A stretch of DNA of 64,000 bases from Amphiscolops sp. MND2022 (taxonomy: Eukaryota): NCBI GenBank assembly GCA_964187785.1, contig OZ076411.1:58094001-58158000 (forward strand). The letters run 5' to 3'. The notes beneath the pieces are model-generated. The model was not told the origin of the DNA and did no database searches. It was given only the letters and a program-made list of their open reading frames with translations. Below are positions 25,476 to 36,320 of the stretch, piece by piece (position 1 is the stretch's first letter; every line of letters starts with the position of its first letter). Both the position numbers and the translations under genes were made by a program.

Positions 25476-25708
25476 GAAATTATGTTCGATAAAGATAATA
25501 ACGAGAGTCTAGCCTGGAAATTTTGTTTTGCTACAAACATACCACGATCGCAAGTTATATTTTTTGTTCATGTACTCTCAGCTTTCTCTGTGATAACAAT
25601 TTGTCTGGTGAAACTAATCTTTTTGAAGTATCATGTGAAGACATGCCATTTTGGACATCACTTTTGGCTGGATCAGTTGGATATCTATTACCTAGCCCAA
25701 AGTTATGA
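25476..25708 (+). pseudogene. Small two-TM protein upstream of the packaging ATPase (one frameshift)
   Basis: WKFC...PRSQVIFFVHV...VITICLVKL + WTSLLAGSVGYLLPSPKL; stop overlaps the ATPase ATG (ATGA at 25705-25708). Confidence 0.55.
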
Positions 25709-26429
25709 ACAAAATCATTTTTACTACAGAAAGAGTTTTCATGTCAGTTGTTGGACCATCTGGATCTGGAAAAACCCGACTGATTTTTTCTATGCTCACA
25801 TCCAAGACCTTTTATCCACGCTTTCAAAAAATTTACTACTTTTATCGCGAGTTCCAACAAATTTTCAAAGAAGTGGAAAAACGGATGAACATTGAGTTTA
25901 TCAGTTGCCTAGATTTTGATTTGATAAAGACGCTTCTGGAATGTTTGCTGATATTTGACGACTCTTGCGAAGAAATTTACCAAGATAAAACTTTGCAAAA
26001 ATTGCAGTCTCTGGCCGACACAGAGGAATTGACTGTATTTTTGTCAAACATAATTTGTATCATCAAAGTAAGTGGTCACGTACAATTGACCTCAAAACAA
26101 CCCACATCATTCTTTTTAATTCTCCTCGTGACACACAGCAAATTGAATATCTTGGCAGACACTTAAACAAAGCTGTATTTCTGAAAGATTGCTACACAGA
26201 CGCTGTTGCAGAACCACATGGTCATTTACTCATTGATTTGGATCCAAAGACAAGTGAATGTCTACGCTTTTGTTCAATTATTGTAGGACCAGGACCAACA
26301 ATATTTTATTTGCCTTCGTCACAAGCCAAAATTACAGAAATTAACAATGAGCGAGAAAAATTTGCATACATTCAGTCTCTTGAAAAAACTCACTTCGATA
26401 CAGCAACAAAAACTTTTACGACATTGTGA
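25705..26429 (+). pseudogene. A32/FtsK-HerA-type DNA packaging ATPase (one frameshift near 25995)
   Basis: Walker A GPSGSGKT, Walker B LLIFDD, SGRH arginine finger, HNLYHQSKWSRTI, SPRD, HGHLLID. Confidence 0.9.
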
Positions 26430-26650
26430 CAAGGAATTTTTGAGATTTTTTTGCGAGTGTGCAATCAATGTTGTGAATGGAACAGTTGGTATCAACGTGG
26501 ACGAATTAAAACAGTACGAAATCCAACTTAGATTACTTTGTAAAAGGTCTACATCCAATAAGAAACGCAGAAAAATTTGAATGTCACCAAAAGGTCTCAA
26601 GTTGTTAAACTTTTTTATTCGGCCTTGTTTTTGTTACCTTACAGATTGAA
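26347..26650 (+). pseudogene. Small basic Polinton protein (putative core/DNA-binding protein)
   Basis: LL..CDKEF..FFCECAINVVNGTV...LRLLC.....KKRRKI...KG pattern, directly downstream of the ATPase. Confidence 0.55.
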
Positions 26651-26657
26651 TTCCGTT

Positions 26658-27185
26658 ATGAACACCCAAGAATTTGTACTTATCCCAAAAAGTTTTTATA
26701 CTCAACAGAAACACTCCACACTGCAAGTTTTGAGAGACCCAGAAGTTGAACGAAAGGCAAAGTCTCTCGCTCTACTGCAAAGAAACAAAACTTTTCCGGA
26801 CCCCTCAACAGTAGACAAGAAAGAAGAAACCAGTAAAGAAAATATTTTAAGGTCTTTGGATATGCTCACAGCGGCACAAAAACAAAGAACGAGAGATATT
26901 TTGAACAAAATTGAATCTTCCGAAACAATTGATTTTGATAAAACAGGCGATATTACAGCAAACAAAATTTCCACAAAAGTTTCACTCTCAACATTTCTTT
27001 ATAATCTGCAGCAACCCAACAAAAACCTGACTGATCCTTCATACTCTATCATTCTTAAAGAATAGATGGTAAATCCTAATTTAGTGCCTGACCGGAACGC
27101 CAAAAACATTTTGAACCCTAGTACAACAAGAAAGAGAGCAGAACCAACTCGAAACGAATCAGATGCCAGCAACGAAGAATCTTAA
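26658..27185 (+). pseudogene. Polinton-like hypothetical protein (in-frame stop at 27063-27065)
   Basis: MNTQEFVLIP start; G.I......LSTFLY.LQQP.K...P..L..NAK pattern; collinear with upstream cluster genes. Confidence 0.45.
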
Positions 27186-27192
27186 GAAATTG

Positions 27193-27765
27193 CTAAAAGC
27201 AAGCGTCTGGATCCTTCATTGGAGGGCAATCCTTCATTGTGATGATTTCTGGTTTCTTTGGTGTCTCAGATGAACACACTTGCTTTGCGTCACCTATATT
27301 GTTGTAAAGACTAGTTGAACCATCGTCAGGTGACTCGGGCGAACCTTTGATACCCCAGTACCATTCCAGTGTTTCCATGTCTGAAAGGTAGCCCATCTGG
27401 TTTTCCAAAAAAGGCACATTTCGGCAGTCAATTTCGTAAAGCAGCTGCCGCACGGCAGAGGGTAACTCGAACCGATCATAGATTATAGTGGTCGAGAACG
27501 GTTCTTCGACTTTGTCCGTCATGTTGGTAGTTTGGGGTGTAATCTTTGGGGAACATTCAGTTCTCAGCAGTGAAAACAAATCTTTCGGAATTGAAACTGA
27601 GCTTTTGATTGACCAAACGTCTTCCCATAAATCTTCCTCGACTATTGCTAATGTTCTGGTAAACCAAGTTTCGTAAAACGTGAATCTTGAGTGATTGTTG
27701 ATACATCTGAAAGTCTGGTATCTGGACCGCAGAGAAAATGAAAGAAAATTCGTTTTGTTGGTCAA
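27193..27765 (-). CDS. Orphan 190 aa ORF
   Basis: Intact ORF with globular-like composition; no family recognised. Confidence 0.45.
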   Translation of the reverse strand: MTNKTNFLSFSLRSRYQTFRCINNHSRFTFYETWFTRTLAIVEEDLWEDVWSIKSSVSIPKDLFSLLRTECSPKITPQTTNMTDKVEEPFSTTIIYDRFELPSAVRQLLYEIDCRNVPFLENQMGYLSDMETLEWYWGIKGSPESPDDGSTSLYNNIGDAKQVCSSETPKKPEIITMKDCPPMKDPDACF

Positions 27766-28185
27766 AAAGTCACTTTACAAAACTAACTCACTAGATTAGC
27801 GAGAGACCGAGACAGGGAGATTGATAAACAAATATAAACAATTAAGCACCAAGCACTTAGCCAGATGTTTATGAAATTCAACTTTTGAACAAGTTAATGC
27901 TTGAACGCCTATCAAATCGATTTAGCTTTGTAACCGTTTTTATTACTCAACCACAAGACTCAATCGAAGTATGTTAGTAATTGCAATAAACTAACTTGTT
28001 AAAACTTGTACCACTTCAGCTACATTTTTGCTGTTTTTTTTGTTTTTCAGTGATTCTTGCTTTTCTGACTCAATCCAAAATGGAAATTGAAGCTACACTG
28101 GATCTTCCAAGATGTGAGGATCGTTCTGCCTAATATCCAATGCGTGAAAACCCTTTTACTAGCTAAGCGCAATCAATGTAAGTTT

Positions 28186-28845
28186 TCAAAAAAGTTGTGA
28201 ATGCAGATTAAATTCGAGATCAAAAATAAACCATAAGAAGCATTGCGGACAGATTGACGTTTCAGAAGCATCAAATGAGAAATATAAGCTATTAGAGCTA
28301 ATACGTCCATAACCATGATCAAGAATGTCTAGTATTTTGTAAAAAGTTGATGCAGAGGGGCCTTGAGACAGTCGCTGGAATCTTATAAGTGAAACAGTTG
28401 GTAAAACACAAGTTTGAGTACTTTTGTCTCGCCTGATTTGAACCAGGGGAACTTTACGTCGAGCCTGAGTCAGCAACATTTTGTTTTCTTTCACGTTGTA
28501 CTGAATCGCCATATGCAATCGTTTCATCTTTTCTCCATGCATTACGAAGCCGGAGCAGTCCGCTAACAAGAGACAGAAAGTTGAGTAGAGGCAGGGTACG
28601 TTGTAACTCTTCCTCTTCTCCGAATCACATTCAAAAAGAACATGGTAATGTGATGGTTCATCGAAACCACAGAGATGATCAGAAGTCGACGCATGAATAC
28701 CGAACGCATAGTTTGATCCCGATGGAATATCCAGTCCAGTCCTTGGTTCATTTTCAAGCACGAGGTACTGGAAATTTTTTCGATGCTGTTTGAAATAATC
28801 AGGTTGTTCGTGCATTGCTTCAACCATGATTTTTTCACAAACCAA
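28186..28845 (-). CDS. Orphan 219 aa Cys/His-rich ORF with an HUH-like SHYHVLF motif
   Basis: Intact ORF; HLCGFDEPSHYHVLFEC, VPCLYSTF, CPQC. Confidence 0.45.
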   Translation of the reverse strand: MVCEKIMVEAMHEQPDYFKQHRKNFQYLVLENEPRTGLDIPSGSNYAFGIHASTSDHLCGFDEPSHYHVLFECDSEKRKSYNVPCLYSTFCLLLADCSGFVMHGEKMKRLHMAIQYNVKENKMLLTQARRKVPLVQIRRDKSTQTCVLPTVSLIRFQRLSQGPSASTFYKILDILDHGYGRISSNSLYFSFDASETSICPQCFLWFIFDLEFNLHSQLF

Positions 28846-29180
28846 TGAATTTCTGAAACATTCTTTAAAGCGAATGCAACTGATTGAACAGAAACATGGC
28901 TGGACAATTCTACCACATGCAAATCGCGAGTAACATTACAACCTTCAAATTGATTCAGTAGACGAACCAACAATAGTTATTTTTTGCTCGTTTTAAATCA
29001 TTGAATGAGGTGCAAATGTCTACTCGGAAACGCACTACTTACAACTTTTCAAACATGTAGAGTAACGGTTTGTACTCCACCAATCTGTGAAGACGACTCA
29101 AAGTTTTCATGAATACAATTTATTAGCCAGAATAGAGTGAACAGAAAACCAAATACAGCAATATGTAAAAAATCATGACT

Positions 29181-29561
29181 TCAGAAAGATTTAGAGATTA
29201 GTTGTCTTTCAAATCGTGGTCTCTTTGCTTTTTCTTCCGGCACATCCGGGTTGTTTTCTTTGACTCGCTTGTTTGGCTTCTTCTCCCTCATTGCGTCTTC
29301 AGAGCTCACAGGTCCTAATCGTATATTCTCTGTATTTGCCATCAAAAGTTGAAATTCCTTAACAGTCAGTGCTACCCTTTGTTGCATACAAAAGTTGTCC
29401 CGATCATCTCTCCGTTTGAACAATTTGATTGTGATGTAAGTGCCGCCAGAACTTTGATACGTGTTTGTGGTGACTCGGATCAGCCTTTTTTCGGATGTAG
29501 CCACATCAACATATGCATCTCCGAATTCTTGATCCTTCAGCAATGTAGCACCAAAAATCAT
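29181..29561 (-). CDS. PC4/Sub1-like ssDNA-binding protein with basic tail
   Basis: IRVTTNTY...GTYITIKLF...QRVALTVKEFQLL matches the PC4 pattern RVTV..F.GK.YIDIR...GISLT.EEF..L. Confidence 0.6.
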   Translation of the reverse strand: MIFGATLLKDQEFGDAYVDVATSEKRLIRVTTNTYQSSGGTYITIKLFKRRDDRDNFCMQQRVALTVKEFQLLMANTENIRLGPVSSEDAMREKKPNKRVKENNPDVPEEKAKRPRFERQLISKSF

Positions 29562-30429
29562 GGTTGTATCACAGGTCGCAGGTTACTTTCAAAACGAGTA
29601 TCTGAAAAATATCAAAAACTGTGAAGTTGGAAACATGAGAACATCAGCGGTAAAAGATGCATTCAGTGGAAAATGAAGTTTCGAAGGAAGATAAAACGAA
29701 AAAGATTTCAAATCAAACTTTAAACTAGAATTCTGCTTTATTGAAATATGGAACTATGACAACACTCAAGCAACTAACCTTTGACGGATATTATTCAATG
29801 AAACTATCAAGGCTCGTTATCAGTTCGAATCAAACCGCCTGAATATTGACCGTTGACTGCGTAAATGTGTTTACGAAGACTCAGGTCTGGAACGTCACGC
29901 TGAGAACACTTGAAACCGACTCGGCAACAATGAATGGTCACTCTTCTTTTCTGTGTGCTGATTCATGTTTCAGCACGATTGAACATGATAAATGCAATTG
30001 TTAGACGTGAATTCTTCATATTTGCACCTAACTCGTTCTCGATTCGCATCTAGCGTTGCTAGTGATCCAACATCATGCTTTGTTATCCGAAAGACGTGTC
30101 TGGAAAAGACTGTTTAATTCAACACAACCACCGTGAATAAATTGCTGAAAATAGATGAAGACAATCCAAACCCTTGGATACCCAAAAACTATGTTCGAGT
30201 GTGCACAAGCTTAAATAAAGAATATGCAGTGCATCGGTCACAATTGATACGATTCCACTTCCTTTGATTGCATGTAACTTGGCCTATACAGGGTTAATAC
30301 AGTCGATTGTTCATAACTTACCAGGCTAACATCAGCCAAAACTGTCAAGGATTGGGTTGGATTTAAAAAAAGCATATACGGTATTCATTTAAATCTTAAT
30401 TCATCTCTCTATTCTATCTTTCTATCAGA

Positions 30430-31250
30430 GAGTCTGTCCATTCACACTGGGCGGGTACCGGCCGAAAGCGTCTAAAATTTAATGTACATGAGCATCAGCT
30501 GAAAATATACTTTCAAGGAATTTCTAGGATGTAGTAGGCTAAAGCTATCCAAAAGTACCTAAAACTGTTTGAATATGGCTTTATAATAGACATATGCAGT
30601 GTATCGTTCAACAGAGATCCAAACTAGCCAAAACACTCTACGATTGGAAGTTGGTACGCATAGTTTGGATTTATACAGTCCATCTTTCATCATATAGTAG
30701 GTTAACTTCAGTCGAACCTGTTCAAGACTGGAAATTTATGAGCATTTATAAGATAAAAGCAGTCTATGTTGCAGTAGAAAGTAGGCCTTTGCCGGCCGCA
30801 ATCGTCTAAAACTGGATATATGTGACGCTATTTCGGTCAAAAGCTAACTTTTTAGCTGGGAGTTTGCTTTTGCTAGCCAGAACTGCCTAAAACTACATAC
30901 GAGAGGCTTTGTAGGTTAAATGCAGTCTGTCCTTCGATAAACAGTGGGCTAATCCTAGCCAATACTGTCTAAAAATGTTCATATACGGTAATACATAGAA
31001 TAATTGCAGTTTATCGTTCAGCCTATAGGAGGTTGAAACGATCAGAACCGTTTACGATTAGAGGTACCCGAACATATACTGGCTATATGCAGTCTATCGT
31101 TCAGTAAATAGTAGGTTAAACACGTCGAAACTCCAAGTTTCGAAACTCATGAGCATTCATGAGACAATTCAATGAATCTTGCTGTAGAGAGTAGGCCTTT
31201 ACCAGCCGCAACCATTCGAAAGTTGATACGTCAGAGGCTCTTTAGATCAT
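30430..31250 (+). repeat. Highly diverged relic monomers of the downstream ~83 bp satellite
   Basis: Recurring GCAGTCTATC...GGCTAA..CTAGCCAAAA..GTCTAAAA(A/C)TGG..ATAT pattern. Confidence 0.6.
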
Positions 31251-31275
31251 TTGCCGTCTATTTTGAAGTAGATAG

Positions 31276-31605
31276 TGATATACCAGATGATATACCAAAT
31301 ATTTCTTGATTTATAATTATCCCCCCTATATGTCTAGACTTTAGAACAGTGCATATCATTTATGAATGTGCTCATTAATATTCTAGATGTAAAATGAATT
31401 GATTGATGTAACTACTTTATATTCAATACCATGAATTCTGATTTGTAGAACACAACTAGAATTGAATCTTCACCGATTAGTTGTCTTCACCTTAAGACCT
31501 AATAACTGCAGCTCTGTTAGCGTCTCTTAAAGTACTAATTGTAATTTCGATAGAAAGGCCCAATTCTATCTTAACTTTAAATAACAACAAGATCCAAGTA
31601 CTTTA
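31276..31605 (+). repeat. 5' LTR (330 bp, TG...TA)
   Basis: Matches 49427-49759 apart from 4 substitutions and a C6/C9 homopolymer difference (manual comparison). Confidence 0.95.
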
Positions 31606-31607
31606 AC

Positions 31608-31620
31608 TGGTGCGACCACC
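31608..31620 (+). promoter_or_regulatory. Primer-binding site TGGTGCGACCACC (possibly tRNA-Gly type)
   Basis: TGG 2 nt after the LTR end; complementary to a tRNA 3' end ...CGCA-CCA; tRNA identity is inferred. Confidence 0.7.
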
Positions 31621-31685
31621 TCTTTTCTTTCCTTTGTCTAAACATTTTTCTACTCATTTTTCCTTTCCATTCCAAACAAACTTTC

Positions 31686-31945
31686 TGTACTAATCACACA
31701 AAGTGATTCGACTCATTGTCGGTACACCCCTCAAACCTTCTTCTGTACTAATCACATCTCGTGGTTCGACCTAGTAGTCGGTACACCAAATCTTTTCTGT
31801 ACTAATCACTTCTAAGTGATTCAGCTTTTTGCTGGTACAACATCCTCTTCTGTACTAATCACCTTTTGTGATTCAGCTACGCGCTGGTACACTTTCTTCT
31901 TCCGTACTCATCACCTTTGACGTGATTCCGCCTTTAGCTGGTACA
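31686..31945 (+). repeat. Five ~42 nt structured units (three-way junction) in the 5' leader
   Basis: TGTAC-T-AATCAC-loop-GTGATT-[CGAC/CAGC]-loop-[GTCG/GCTG]-GTACA at 31686, 31744, 31798, 31851 and 31903. Confidence 0.85.
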
Positions 31946-32662
31946 CTTTTTTCATTTCTTTTTTTACCTCCCACTTTTAAATCATTAAATTTTCTATTTA
32001 AAATTCCTTCCCTTTTCTACCTCCTCCCAATTTTTCCATGCCTTCCCTTGATGACTCCGTTTGTATTTGTCTAATCCTCCTCTACCTTTTTGGTCTTTGT
32101 GCCATTGTCCTTCTTCTTGTTGATAAATTCATTCTTCCTTTCCTCCCTCATGTTATTGACCAATATAGAGCATAATCCCTGCCTTTTTCATTTATGTTTC
32201 TTACCGAAAACCTTGCCACTATTATTCTTTTCGTTTCATACATTTTTGCAATGGTTGTTTTCTTAATGCTCCTCATTGAAAAAAATGTCGAATCTCTCTT
32301 CCACTAACTCCCCCTTCTTCTTAAATTTCCCCATTTCCTTCTCCCTTCTTCCTTTTATATTCCCACTTAATTTATTATCTTCATTTATACTTTTATCACT
32401 CTCCTTTCCTTTTTCCCCTCCCTTTTTGTATGAACCTCCTCTTCCTTCACCCCAATCCTTGCCTTGCCCTTCTTCAACTACTTTTCCTTTCCCTTCTTCT
32501 TATCAGTACACCTCTATATTTTCATTCGTCTCTCTTATCATTTTATACCTACATTCGCCAAAAAATTCATCGCTTTTTTCCCCTCCCTACTGAACCATCT
32601 GTCCATCCTGAAGTTATTATGGATTGGATTTGGTTATATTACAATCCCCATAAACACTCCTA

Positions 32663-35340
32663 ATGACTGACCCCATACAACCCGTTATCCCCCTTCCCTT
32701 TGTTTTCAATGCCTCTCAACGTGTTACCCGTGATATTTCACAAACTCTCACTCAATTTCTTAACAATCTTATTTACAACTCCACCACTCCTCTTTCTTTT
32801 GAAACCTACCCGGAAGATATTTATACAACCCCTCTTATTCGTGAACATCATGACTCTTATTTATACTATATTAACACCCATTCTCTTGTTGTAAATTCTG
32901 AAGAACCCCCATTTTCTATTCCCTTTACTTCTCTCACAACTCGCTCTGATACCTTTCGAAAAAACATCTATCCTAACAATATCTATATCCCTATCGCTAA
33001 TGTCTTTACAACCTTCCTCAATCATCTTCAAGAAAAAAATAACATTTTACCTAAACCTGTTTTTAACCCTTCTTCCATACAAGACCTTCTTCAAAAGGAA
33101 TCTCTTTTTGATCTTCCTAATATTGAACAATTTCGCATTATTGAAAATGATCCTCACCATTGGCTTACCACCGATATTCTTCAAATTCATCATTTTCAAT
33201 ACCAATTCTTTCAAAACCTTACCCTCAATACAAAAACCAAAGAACAAATTCAGATATACTCTTTTCCTTCGAAAATTCTTTCGACATAATTACCAACTCG
33301 TTTGGCACTCGAAATTCCAAGATGCTTGTATAAATTTTCCTCAACAGTTTACTTCAGATGAACTTTTACCTTTTCTCGATACTCCTGATAATCAACACCC
33401 TCAGTATTATAATCTTCTTGATTTTCCTTCCTCTCATTTTAAATACCTTGCCTATGACTCCAATAGTCTTGATAAAAGTCTTAACCTTCCTCCTCCTGTT
33501 CGTCCTTATACACAACAACACCATCTACCTCCTTGAACTGATACAATTTCCAATGTCTCTATTCACACTCTTCCCTCATCTTCAAATGCTGTAGTAAACC
33601 CTACCCCACCTATAAATCAACACATTCCCACTTCTACTTCTCAAGTCACCACAATTAATGAAAACCTTCCTACTTCTCACTCACCGAATCAATATACTAC
33701 ACCTTCTAACACTCCACCTGCCGTTCCTTACAATACTGTTAAACCTTGAGCTCTCCAAATCCCCACATTACCCCCATTCCTCTTTCTTTGAATAATACTC
33801 TTCCTACTCAATCTCTCCCTCAAAACCCCCTACCTTCTTCCACCCATGATCCTTCTTTATTTAATCAAAATCATTTTTCATCTTCTTCCCTACCACCAAT
33901 TCCTTCTATTTCTCAAACTACTTCTTCTAATACCCAATCCACCTCATACAATCCTTATCTTTCTCTCTATCCTACTTTTCAAAACTTTCTCACTAATTCT
34001 TTCCAACCCCCTTCAAACCCCCCTCATCCTATTCCTCCTACTTCTACAGTACCTTTCAATTCTTCTTCTCTCTATTCATCTCTTCATTTTCCAACCACTC
34101 CTTCTGTCCCTTTTGCTGCTTTATCCGATCCTATTAAACTCTTTGATGGCCTCGACCATACTTATCCTCCTGAAAAATTCTTAGCACATCTTAGTGCTCG
34201 AGTAACATTTCAACTTGGACCTCAACCTGTAGATATTCAATCATGTTTAACTTGGCATTCTCGTCGAATGTCTCTCCTTTAATGTTCCCTCACAGGAACT
34301 GCAAATTGAAGCTCTTTCCCTTGTTAAAAAGGATAATGAAAATGTCCGTCACTTCGCTTTTAAAGTCGAAACCCTTGTTACTTAAGGTTGGTACAACGAG
34401 TACCCTTCCACTATTAAACTCAAATGTAATGAAATTTTCACTCGTGGTCTTCCCAAAAAATTAAAAGACTTTGCCAATAAACGCCAAGTTAAACATATTT
34501 CAAGTTCCTTAGAACCGTCAATTCCTTTTCACTCTCTTGTCAATATGGTCGATTCCGAAGATATCACTCTTGAAAAAATTAAAACTCAAGAACTTTCCCT
34601 TGAAAATAACACTCTGTCTAATACTTTTCAACCATTCAAGATTCTCCTTCCGAATCTCCACAAGTTCAAGTAATGGATCCTAACAATAAATCAAAACCTC
34701 AATTCAAGAAATATTGTTCCTTTTGTCATAAAAATAACCACTCTGTTTCAACTTGCTTTCGCCGACTTAATATGCTCAAAGAATCAAAACCACAATCTAG
34801 ATCTCCGACTCCTACCTTTTATCAACATTTTAAAAACCCTTCAAATAAATCTCATTATCCTCGCTACCGTAGTCGAAGTCATAGTAACCCTTCGCGAAGA
34901 TCTCGCGACACTCGGTATCAATCTCGTTCTTATTCACGTTCACATTCACGTCCTAGATACAATATTAAAACCCCCTCCCGTACATATTCGTCTTACCACA
35001 ATCGTGATAGATATTGATATGATAAACATTACAATCACAATCCCTACAAATCATACACTTCTTCACGAACATATTATAACTCTAATTCCTCTCGTAGTCC
35101 ATCTAAATATTACCCTCGTTCTCGTGAACGTTCCTCAAGTTTTAATACTTCTACTTTTAATAGATACAATTCTCCTTATCGTCCTCCTTCTAAACCACGC
35201 AATGATCGCTATCGTAGTAGATCTCATTCAAATTCAAACAATCATTCTCAATCCCAATACAAACCATCCATAAATCTTACACATCCATCTACACCACCTC
35301 TTCAAAGCAACTCCAATACAGAAGCTAATTTTGAAATAAA
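32663..35340 (+). pseudogene. gag: Long Gag: N-terminal extension, P/S/T linker, capsid, CCHC knuckle, RS-rich domain (several frameshifts and stops)
   Basis: DPIKLFDG...PEKFL; FAFKVETLV...EIFTRGLP; CSFCHKNNHSVSTC; RSRSHS...RSYSRSHSRPR. Confidence 0.8.
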
Positions 35341-35341
35341 C

Positions 35342-36320
35342 ATGTATCACCCTAATCCTCCACTATCCCAGTCTTCTTCAACTTCTACTGAACATGCCAA
35401 TGCTATTACACCTTCCACTTGGTTTGTTAATTTATACATTTTCAAACCCAGTGAAGTTACCTCTATCCCTTCTAAACTAGAACTCTTATTCTTACTTGAT
35501 AGTGGAGCATCCATTTGTGTTTTAAATTTACCCACTTTCACCATTTTAGCCGATCACTTTTTAAAATGCTCAAAACATTCCCCACATCAAAATGAATACA
35601 AAACTTTAACCGTTGCCAATAAATCCGAAGTACCTATTCTCCATTATCTAATACTTACACTTCATACCTCCCTTCATGAAAATACTCGTACCCTTGTTAT
35701 TCCTTTTGCAGTAGCAAATATTAAATACACTATTCTTGGAACTCCCTTTTTTGAAAAATGTTAAAACTCTTAATATTGAAAGTATGTCACTGACATTTAA
35801 TACTCCACATGAATCTGGCATTAACACCCTCCCTTTTACAGCTCTTAAAGAAAAGGATTATCCATATTTTTCTTACATATACACTATCAATGTTAAAAAT
35901 AAGCTCTATTTTAAACCCAACGCCTCTCAAATCATCCATTTTCCAATTCAACCAACACTTCCTTTAACGTTTAAAACTTCTGATAATGAAATCATATTCC
36001 CTTCCACGCCTCATCCATTTTTAATACACGCTTCAACTCGACCTTTAATTTTCTCCAAGTCTACCGGAATAATAATACCGAACCTTCAAGTTGTTCTGTT
36101 ATTATTCAAAATATTACTCACCACTCTGCCTTTCTTGCCCCTGGATATATTGGATACATTGAAGTTCCAGCCACTAATATTCAACCAACTCACTATAAAG
36201 TTAATGATGTAAACTCCGTAATACACACCGTATTTCATTCTTATTATCCTGATCTTTCTGAACCAAAACCTCCCCGTCGACATTCTTCTCTTCGCAACCC
36301 TCCAATTGAAATAAACAATT
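35342..36320 (+). pseudogene. Aspartic protease followed by a possible dUTPase-like spacer
   Basis: LFLLDSGASICVL and ILGTPF; downstream QNITHHSAFLAPGYIGYIE is only weakly dUTPase-like. Confidence 0.75.

Larger units (their letters stand above)
23141..29600. mobile_element. Truncated Polinton/Maverick (adintovirus-like) gene cluster
   Basis: Compact, overlapping intronless ORFs including an A32/FtsK-like ATPase and its typical neighbours; candidate terminus AGTAGTTACG at 23141; no PolB, capsid or protease genes recognised. Confidence 0.75.

Noticed and set aside
31274-31608. Errantivirus-style AGT...AACT LTR termini
   Set aside because: Present only at the left LTR (AG from the TSD, CT from the spacer/PBS). 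The right LTR supports TG...TA with an ATAG TSD.
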